The notes under the pieces are model-generated. The model ran no database searches. It was given only the letters and a program-made list of their open reading frames with translations, and was not told the origin of the DNA. Both the position numbers and the translations under genes were made by a program. From Lingula anatina (lineage: Eukaryota; Animalia; Brachiopoda), in contig CM120640.1 of the NCBI GenBank assembly GCA_051362555.1, positions 68,054,788 through 68,118,787 on the forward strand: 64,000 nt of DNA, written 5' to 3'. Positions 1 to 9,049 of the stretch are shown here, one piece after another (position 1 is the stretch's first letter; the number at the start of each line of letters is the position of its first letter).

Positions 1-173
1 TGCAGATATGTCTATGTGAATGAAATTACATCATAAAGCTATGAGATAACATTTGATAATAACATCATATAGTTCTACTTTCAGTTTTGCTGTGGTAGCT
101 ACATTTACATGTACAGTGTACAGGTATGCAAGGCATGTGATCTCATAAGTTTCTAGTCAGTCACTTTACCCAC

Positions 174-279
174 CTGGGGCAGCTTTACCAGCAGCAGGCT
201 TTGCACCAGCCCCACTCTTTGCTGCTGGTTTCACTGCTGCCTTGGGTGCAGGCTTTTTTACTGGTGCTTTTGGAGGCAT
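174..279 (-). CDS. First coding exon of an unidentified protein with a Pro/Lys/Ala-rich N-terminus; the gene continues off the left edge
   Basis: ATG at 279 reads MPPKAPVKKPAPKAAVKPAAKSGAGAKPAAGKAAP and ends at a CAG|GTGGGT donor (intron starts at 173). The segment is too low in complexity to assign a family. Confidence 0.7.
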
Positions 280-628
280 TTCCAACAACTGATAAAAGTC
301 CCCAGTACCCTCTTACTCTTAGTGCTAGGGACTCTTTATAGTACCGCAGACGAAGATCTGACTACGAAACATTGGCTGGTGCAAGAATAAGAAGCAAAGC
401 ATAAAACTATTATGTATGGAATTAAGAAAAGTAAAAAGAAAAACAAGTCTTTAAAATAATACGATAAAAAAATTATGTCTCAAATAAATTGTGGTACATT
501 TCCTGATGTGACTCCGCAGAAAATTTGTCATTTTTCACCTATTAGCTGAGATTTCATTGGACAGCGAAGTAGGTCACAGAGAGGCACACATTTCCCGCCA
601 TATAAGACTTTCATACTTAACGTCAATA
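280..628. promoter_or_regulatory. Bidirectional promoter between the left-edge gene and RPA2, with an E2F site and a CCAAT box
   Basis: Divergent ATGs at 279 and 629. TTTCCCGC (E2F consensus) at 591-598 and ATTGG at 556-560. RPA2 is a classic E2F/S-phase gene. Confidence 0.6.
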
Positions 629-3600
629 ATGTGGAATAACCAAGGTGGTGAGTACTGTTTTATGCTGATCAGACCAAACATTTAGTCCTACTTGATACCC
701 CTTAAATATATAAGGGTGATGGAAACACCCTTCTTGTTCAATTCTCACCACCGTTGTTAACGTTTTGGCGATCGCAAGTTGCGACAAGTTTCAACCTGAG
801 TGTATCAGTCGTGATTAATATCATTATAATAACAATGAAATGTAACGTGATTATTAACGAGTGGCATTAGCAAATATTACATTCAATCTATCATTAGATA
901 AAAACAGACATGAGCTTTTCTTGCGGAATCATGATATTCCGCTTTTTTACATGACCCCAGAGCAATTAAACCCCCAATAATTTACGTAAGATGTTTGGTT
1001 CCACAATAAATGTTCAGAGTTTTTTTTCTTAAACCTGGGCTCGTGTCTGTAAAAAGAAAAAAAAAAAACACCTGTTTTGTCAAGATGAACCTCATAAAAA
1101 CGTATTTGTTTAGGTTTCAGTAACTATGATCAGGCTGGAGGGTTCGATTCTCCTGGAGGCTTCAGCTCCCCACAACAGTCCTCACAGCAGTCCAGGGTAG
1201 GTATGCATGAGGGGTCATGTCAATACTCCCCCGCACCGATACTACCCCACACCAATAATCCCAGTTAGTAAATTTTTGTGTATTACGCGCATTGATACGA
1301 CCCCACACCGATAGATCCCTGCATCAATACATCCCAAGTAAAATTACCAAATGTAGGCACACCGTTACTCCCCCACACCGATACTCCCCCACATCATTGC
1401 TTCCCTACATCGCTACTGCGGGGGAGTATCAGTGAGGGGGAGCATTGGTGCGGGGGAGTATCGGTGTGGGGACGTATAAGGATGTAACCATGTACGAGAC
1501 ATGATAACACAATGTGAAACTGGTAAAGTGAAATGTTTATTGAGAATGTCTAATGTTTCAATTGTTTCCAGTTTAACTTTTAATCATGTCAGTTATTATC
1601 AGCAAGTTGTGAAATTTGGGGAATAATCCTCCATATCATGTGCAGATTTATGCCACAAAAGGAAATATTTCACCAAATATTTAAAATTAAATAAAACTTG
1701 TAATTAATTACACAGAGGGAACTATATATGGTTGATTTTGATGTTACTTTTTGTGTCTTTTTAAATATAATAATCATATTAATTTGGAATGACTTTATAA
1801 TTTTAAATGAGTGATAGGAGAGAGTTGAGAAAAATACTTTTAATGCTGGTTATCTGGAATTGAATGGCTTATAAAGGAAGCGTGTTGGAGTGTATCATTT
1901 GGTGTTTACATATTTGATAGATTATAAATGCATACTATATACAGCAATGGCATGCTTCTGAAATAGAAGCACTTAATCAGTAAAACCTCTACATGTTAGA
2001 TGTGTATCCTGTATGTGTATGTGGTGAATCCTTTTTGCATTATTATTGTACCACCAGCGTTAGCGCTGGCGGTACACATGGTTTCGGTCTCGTCCGGATC
2101 GTTCCGCCGGCTCCGCCGGACGGCTACCGTTACCGCTTCTCCTCCTAGACGGTAAGGCCCCCCATACCCATCTCATGGATTTAGGTCACCTATAATCTCA
2201 ACTCGTTCCACGTAAAATTTGGGCTTTGTCGGTATTGGGGTCTGGGTGTGGCACTCATTGCAATGCACCCTTGTCCAAAAATGGCAAAATTAAATGCTAA
2301 TTATCTACCCTACGGAAGGAGTTACGGGAAAAATTTCTACAGACGGCTTTCCAAAAGTCATATGTGTAGATTTCAAATATACCCTCGGATTTGACCTTTG
2401 ACCTTTACTTCAAGGTCAAATGGGCCAAAATTTTCAAAAAAATGAAATTTTTTACGAAAAAAAAATTTTTTGCCCTGTTATTCAGACACCACACAGACTT
2501 AACCAATAATATTATTGGAAAGTGTTACCCTTCAGGTCATCTTTCATCTCCGTGAATTTGGGGTCAATCGGTGCATTTTCACAGGAGTAGCGGCCATAAG
2601 ATACCGAAACTGAAAACTGTCTCTAATTCGGGAACCGTTAATGCTAGAGACCCATTCTTTTTTGCATTTTGTAGAGCATGTAAAGCCCAACACTGGAGGT
2701 GGTCTCGGTTTTTTTGTATTCCATACGGTTTTCGAGTTACGCTGTATCAAAAAGTACATATTGGTGGTGAAAGGAAAATGTACGGAAGCCCACTGGTGCC
2801 ATATGTAGAAAAAAAAATTATCTCGAAATTTCGAGATACTATTTTGAAATTTGAACAAAAAAATTTACCACCAGCGTTAGCGCTGGCGGTACACATGGTT
2901 TCGGTCCCGTCCGGTCCGTTCCGCCGGCTCCGCCGCCATGTTACCGTTACCGCTTCTCCTCCTAGACGGTAAGGGCCCCCGTACCCATCTCATGGATTTA
3001 GGTCACCTATAATCTCAACTCGTTCCACGTAAAATTTGGGCTTTGTCGGTATTGGGGTCTGGGTGTGGCACTCATTGCAATGCACCCTTGTCTAAAAATG
3101 GCAAAATTAAATGCTAATTATCTACCCTACAGAAGGAGTTACGGGAAAAATTTCTATAGACGGCTTTCCAAAAGTCATATGTGTAGATTTCAAATATACC
3201 CTCGGATTTGACCTTTGACCTTTACTTCAAGGTCAAATGGGTCAAAATTTTCAAAAAAATGAAATTTTTTATGAAAAAAAAATTTTTTGCCCTGTTATTC
3301 AGACGCCACACAGACTTAACCAATAATATTATTGGAAAGTGTTACCCTTCAGGTCATCTTTCATCTCCGTGAATTTGGGGTCAATCGGTGCATTTTCACA
3401 GGAGTAGCGGCCATAAGATACCGAAACTGAAAACTGTCTCTAATTCGGGAACCGTTAATGCTAGAGACCCATTCTTTTTCATTCATTTTGTAGAGCATGT
3501 AAAGCCCAACACTGGAGGTGGTCTCGTTTTTTTTGTATTCCATACGGTTTTCGAGTTACGCTGTATCAGAAAGTACATATTGGTGGTGAAAGGAAAATGT

Positions 3601-6600
3601 ACGGAAGCCGACTGGTGCCATATGTAGAAAAAAAAATTATCTCGAAATTTCGAGATACTATTTTGAAATTTGAACAAAAAAAATTTTTATCTCGAAATTT
3701 CGAGATAGCATTTTGAAATTTGAACAAAAAAAAAATTATCTCGAAATTTCGAGATAGCATTTTGATATTTGAGCAAAAAAATTTATCTCGAAATTTCGAG
3801 ATAGTATTTTGAAATTTGAACAAAAAAAATGCTATCTCGAAATTTCGAGATAATTTTTTTTTTCAACATATGACACCAGTCGGCTTCCGTAAAAATGTGC
3901 AGTACGGTAATGGATAATAAATTTTGAACTCCGGAAAAATAAAACATAATGCTTGGCAAAGCAGACAACTTGTGGTCAAAAATGACATTATTTTATCAAA
4001 TTTAAACTTCTGCAACTTCAGAGAACCTCCCATTTCAAGAACTTTGACCAAAATGACCTTTTCTTTATTTTAATTAATTTTTTCTGTAGGAAATTTATGG
4101 CACATTATGGTAACTCCAAAATTATAACATTTAGTCCCTTATATCTCCAAAACTGGCAGAGATAGGTCCATAGTTACTATTGAAGTTGAATAGGAAGTCA
4201 TATACTGGCAATCTTACTGTGACCTTGACATTGACCTTTGACCTACTTTTCACCATGAACTGAACTTTGCAAATTTTGCTTCCCTTTTATCTCCAAAACT
4301 GGCAGAGATAGGTCCATAGTTACTATTGAAGTTGAATAGGAAGTCATATACTGGCAATCTTACTGTGACCTTGAAATTGACCTTTGACCTACTTATCACC
4401 ATGAACTGAACTTTGCAAATTTTGCTTCCCTTTTATCTCCAAAACTGGCAGAGATAGGTCCATAGTTACTATTGAACTTGAATAGGAAGTCATATACTGG
4501 CAATTTTACTGTGACCTTGAAATTGACCTTTGACCTACTTTTCACCTTGAACTGAACTTTGCAAAATTTGCTTCCCTTTTATCTCCAAAACTGGCAGAGA
4601 TAGGTCCATAGTTACTATTGAACTTGCATAGGAAGTCATATACTGGCAATTTTACTGTGACCTTGAAATTGACCTTTGACCTTCTTTTCACCATGAACTG
4701 AACTTTGCAAATTTTGCTTCCCTTTTATCTCCAAAACTGGCAGAGATAGGTCCATAGTTACTATTGAAGTTGAATAGGAAGTCATATACTGGCAATCTAA
4801 ATGTGACCTTGAAATTGACCTTTGACCTACTTTTCACCATGAACTGAACTTTGCAAATTTTGCTTCCCTTTTATCTCCAAAACTGGCAGAGATAGGTCCA
4901 TAGTTACTATTGAAGTTGAATAGGAAGTCATATACTGGCAATCTTACTGTGACCTTGAAATTGACCTTTGACCTACTTTTCACCATGAACTGAACTTTGC
5001 AAATTTTGCTTCCCTTTTATCTCCAAAACTGGCAGAGATAGGTCCATAGTTACTATTGAAGTTGGATAGGAAGTCATATACTGGCAATTTACTGTGACCT
5101 TGAAATTGACCTTTGACCTACCTTACAATGAACTTAACTTTGATTGCACCATTTTTAGTTATATATATTTTTTGCATATTTTGAAAATTCTTGTTGATTG
5201 CATTTTTACAGCTTGTCAAGCACAAGACTGGTGGCTGCACCCCTTATTTTGTGTATGTGGGGGTCTATACGAATGCGCTTGCTCCAGCTGGTGGTACAAT
5301 ATTCGGAGGCGGTATCGCCTCTCTGATCCTCTAGTTTTTTCTGTACACAAACTTGTATTTTTTCAGGCTCGTACTAGAACCCAAAACATTGTTCCAGTGA
5401 CAGTAGCTATGGTCCACCAGTGTCAACACGCAGATGAAAAATTCTTCATTGATGGCATAGAAATAGCACAGGTAAAGTAACAAAATAAAGTAGGGAACTC
5501 TGTCTTTAGATTTGTTACAATACATATTAATTAGATCAGTTTATTGAAATTTTTCTGAGAACTAGATGTGAATGACATTTGATGCACAAAAGTGCATGAA
5601 CATGGCATGAAGACAACAAATTCCAAATCAAAAGGTACAACATGATTAAATATCAGCACCACACTAGTAACATAACATTTTTTCAGTATTGAATAATTAT
5701 TCTTCATTTATTCAACATGTATTTGATGAAAAATTATTAACATGGCTAAAACAGAAATGACAGGGGTCCCAGAGAGAATGGAGATTATTATCCATTTCAG
5801 ATTTACAAATGAGATAGGAATGTATGGATGCTAAACATATTTTTCAGATATATGGGTTCTTTGAGGTGCTGAGTGCAGGTTTTTTTCTTCACTGGGTTGT
5901 TTTCAAAGCTGACAGTTGAACTTTTAATGAAGTGTGTTTTTTAAATATTTTTAGGTAACAATAGTTGGATTGGTCAGGTCAGTGCAACAGGGCAGTAACA
6001 GAATGGACTACACAATTGATGACTTAACGGGTCCTCCCATGGACGTCAGGCAGTTTGTTGACATTGATGTAAGTTAGTTGGTTTTTAAATACAGATGGAA
6101 GTCTTTCAGGTTTATCTGGAGATAGATATACTTCAGTATTGTAGTTATGCCCCCAGGACCCCCATACAGAGCTGTCCATAGAAAAATTTCCTAGAGGACT
6201 CAATAGTAGACCTATTGGATGCCCTATAGAATTCAAATAGAACGGGATATGTGCCAACTTCCTAAAGAACACCAGAAGACCTATAGAATTTAGGGCCAAT
6301 TTCCTAAAGGACACTATGGGACCATATCGAATTTTGGGTCTATAGGAAATTTCCCCTAAGGGATGCAATTCATCAGTGCTTGCATTTTGAGGATTTTTTA
6401 AAAGGTCTGCTTTTTCTTCTCATGTAGTTAATTGGTAGAAGCATATTATCTTGAAAGAACCTTTTTCTTCAACACACTGTAGTACATCACAGTTGGAAAG
6501 ATTGATGGATGTTTTTTATGTTAATGCCTTTATGAAAGACTACCATTGTCTGGTTGGATTCTGTCTTAAAGAACTGGCTAAACTAAATAACTTTTTCAAC

Positions 6601-9049
6601 AGGAAGCTAATTCAGAAGAGGCAGAGAGGATACGATCTGTACGAGAAAATACCTATGTGAGGTTATTCGGTCATATCCGTGCTTTCCAAGGCAAGAAAAA
6701 TGTGGTTGCTTTCAGGATCCAACCAGTAACGGATATGAATGAGTTAACGACACACATTCTAGAGGTCATGCAAGCCCACATGGCATCCAAAATGCAAATG
6801 GAAGCAGGTGTAAGTGAAATTTTATGTATTGCTCTTATTGTGTAAGTGGGAGTGTTTTTTTTTTTTTTTTTTTTTTTGGGGGGGGGGGGAGATACTTTTT
6901 TAAAATTAAAATGTCGAGCATTATAAGGCAAGGTAAGACAAGTGGAGTGATATAATGTTTCCCATATTTTATTTCTGCACGACCCCCCTGTGTTTTAGGA
7001 TAATATCCCAAAAAGTGTTTGTAAAAATAATAAAAAAATAATCAATTTGTCTGTTACTGGTCATGATAAGTGGAATATTGCTTATCTTTACAGGATGCTC
7101 CTGCTAAGACTGTGGTAGCTGATAACACATACTCTGGTGCCCAGGGCAGCATTCCAGCCAATGGACTCACACCAATACAAGCACAGGTAAAATTGACAGC
7201 TTCCTATCTTGTCTCTGTGAAGATAAAAGGTCTTACATAATTAACCAGTACCTACAAAGTGGGCCGATTCAGTAGATGTCTGACTCCTCATGCTCTGACA
7301 TGTGTTTCAGTGGGTCATCATTTTTCACAGGTCAGTGTCCAATGACCTAGAGAGAAAGAGGTTATTGCTTAGATATGCCTGAAGTTGAACTGCTTATGCT
7401 CAGTGAATACTTTACCTTGAATTGTCCTTACTGAATAGTTTTGGATGTAGAGTTGAAAAAAATCTTAACACAACCATTTCTGGGGTAGCGCTAACACTTG
7501 CCAATTTAGCCAAATGCTAAAACTGACTTAAATTGGCTAAACAAAATAGGCTTGGTTTGATTTGGTTTTAGTCAAATTTAAACCGTTTTGCAAAAATAGT
7601 AATGAAAAAGTAGTGATTTGGCTAAGTGAAAAAATTGCTAGCACTACCCCAGCATTTACACTCATCTAACACAATTTTGGGGTTAATTAATTCAACAACA
7701 CAGGTTTTGGAAGAAAAAGTGTTTAAATCTTGGTTGTTTCAAACAACTCAAGTCCCATATTTGTTGTTGCAAATGTTACTTGCCAATTTATTTTCTAGTC
7801 AGAGGAGATATTGTTATTGTCAGGTAGAAGCATGTGGAAGCTTTCTCTTTTTTCATAACAACCTATTGTTCAGTGTCAAATTCCAGCTTCAAAGTCTTGT
7901 TATAATGTACATAATTGTTTACTCATGACCGCAAAGGTAATTTATTATAATTTTCTACTCTTAAGGTTAAGAGTGGCAAATAAATATTTGTTGACATTAA
8001 AATTGTTATGTGCATATTTCAAAAAAAAAAAAAAAAAAAGAAAAGAAAAAAGCCTCATGAAAAGATGAACTGTGTGTTAGCTCATCAGAACCAAACAGAA
8101 TGCCCCCTTGTGAGATAAAATGCAGTAACATGTGCATTCTGATTTCTGTAGTAAAAAGCTGTTAAAAAGCAAAATGTTTTTTTCCTTCAGGTAGCAAAAT
8201 CATATTTAACAATTTTGGAAAAGAGCCATGTTTTAATGTTAAAGAATTTAACTTAAAATGTTGATGGCCAAATCATGTGTGCTAAAATAAGACTATATTG
8301 ATAACTGGTACAGTTACAGCATTGAAAAAAAGAGGGAGTGTTTTTTGAACTAATCAAAACCAAAATTGATAGCCTTTGGCTTACTTGGATTTAGATTTAA
8401 TGTAAAACTTGCAGATTTACGCATTCATAAATATAACATGTATCATAAAAATAATAGGAAGTATGGACAATATTGATTATTGTAGGACCTTTTCGCGGGC
8501 TTGTATATCATGTGTTATGTAACTTGAACTGAGATAGTTTGATTGATCATTTCCAGGTAGCACAGACAATAAGTGACTGTCAAGACGAGCAAGGTGTGAG
8601 TGTTTATGAAATAGCAAAACAACTGGAAGGTCTGACGGAGAAAGCCATCAGGTAGTTTTCATTTATTGGATAATTTTGCTGCAATAGCTCAAATCACTAT
8701 GGAGCTATTTGGCTGTTGTGACTAGTCATTTAAACTATTTTTCTTTTGCTTTTAAGTTGCTGTTTTTTGTTTGTTTTGAATTACTTCACTTTGGTATTCT
8801 CTGTAGTTTACTATTTCAGTGTTGTTCCCAGTTAAGGTATGATAAATTTTTATGTATGCAGATTTTGTTTTAATACGTTTACCTGTCACATGAAAGTGTA
8901 AAGTGTCAAGAGTGATAGATTAAAAAATGTGCATAGTTTGTCAAAAAAAAAGTTAATTTTCTTTCAGGAGTGCTATCGAATTTCTAAGCAGTGAAGGGCA
9001 CATCTATTCCACAATTGATGACGATCACTACAAAGCAACAGATTCCTAA
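629..9049 (+). CDS. RPA2: Replication protein A 32 kDa subunit (8 coding exons, about 265 aa)
   Basis: Exons 629-647, 1114-1196, 5367-5471, 5955-6068, 6603-6809, 7094-7186, 8557-8651 and 8968-9049 join in frame (798 nt) with GT-AG introns. Motifs match RPA32: MWNNQGG...[16 protein letters not shown]...YTIDDLTG (OB fold), [17 protein letters not shown]...[12 protein letters not shown] and [22 protein letters not shown] (winged helix). Confidence 0.97.
1212..1489. mobile_element. Degenerate MITE with GG...CC ends and internal inverted subrepeats (Mutator-like)
   Basis: Repeated ACCGATACTCCCCC(A/G)C units on the left are mirrored by GGGGGAGTATCGGT units on the right. Flanks ATGCATGAG (1203-1211) and ATGTACGAG (1490-1498) resemble a decayed 9-bp TSD. 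Confidence 0.6.
2049..3682 (+). repeat. About 817-bp direct duplication of the HINE 5' half
   Basis: TACCACCAGCGTTAGCGCTGG occurs at 2049 and 2866. The copies are near-identical with scattered substitutions and indels, which explains the paired spurious ORFs at 2544/3361 and 2571/3388. Confidence 0.95.
3600..3891. mobile_element. Nested non-autonomous TIR element with TACGG termini and a 6-bp TSD (IS3EU-like)
   Basis: TIRs TACGGAAGCCGACTGGTG...CACCAGTCGGCTTCCGTA with direct repeat AAAATG at 3594-3599 and 3892-3897. The interior is about 47-bp units containing the palindrome TATCTCGAAATTTCGAGATA. A truncated copy lies at 2781-2865. Confidence 0.8.
4135..5121 (+). repeat. Tandem array of a 146-bp unit (about 6.7 copies) inside the HINE
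   Basis: TATCTCCAAAACTGGCAGAG recurs at 4142, 4288, 4434, 4580, 4726, 4872 and 5018, an exact period of 146 with few substitutions. Confidence 0.97.
6175..6362. mobile_element. Old MITE remnant in RPA2 intron 4
   Basis: AAATTTCCTA near the left end pairs with TAGGAAATTT near the right end. CCTATAG/TTCCTAAAG subrepeats recur, and the right end is CCCTAAGGG. Boundaries are approximate. Confidence 0.35.
7480..7652. mobile_element. 173-bp MITE with a 5-bp TSD in RPA2 intron 6
   Basis: TIRs CTGGGGTAGCGCTAAC...GCTAGCACTACCCCAG, perfect TSD CATTT (7475-7479 and 7653-7657), and internal TTAGCCAA/TTGGCTAA subrepeats. Confidence 0.75.

Larger units (their letters stand above)
2041..5336 (+). mobile_element. 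Composite non-autonomous Helentron-associated element (HINE / DINE-1 / pearl-like) in RPA2 intron 2
   Basis: 5' subTIR TATTGTACCACCAGC (2044-2058) is followed by a partial inverted copy (GCTGGCGGTAC) and a GTCC/CCG-type microsatellite. The centre holds a tandem array. The 3' end has subTIR GCTGGTGGTACAATA (5287-5301), a GC hairpin GAGGCG-GTAT-CGCCTC (5306-5321), then CTAG and a T run. No TSD; inserted in a T-rich site. Confidence 0.85.

Noticed and set aside
3636-3860. CRISPR-like appearance of regularly spaced palindromes
   Set aside because: The 'spacers' are themselves near-identical, the context is a eukaryotic intron with no cas genes, and the array is enclosed by TIRs and a TSD.
2544-4051. 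Cluster of 60-133 aa ORFs on both strands
   Set aside because: They lie within the duplicated HINE and the nested palindromic MITE, show no transposase or other domain motifs, and their frames differ between the two copies.
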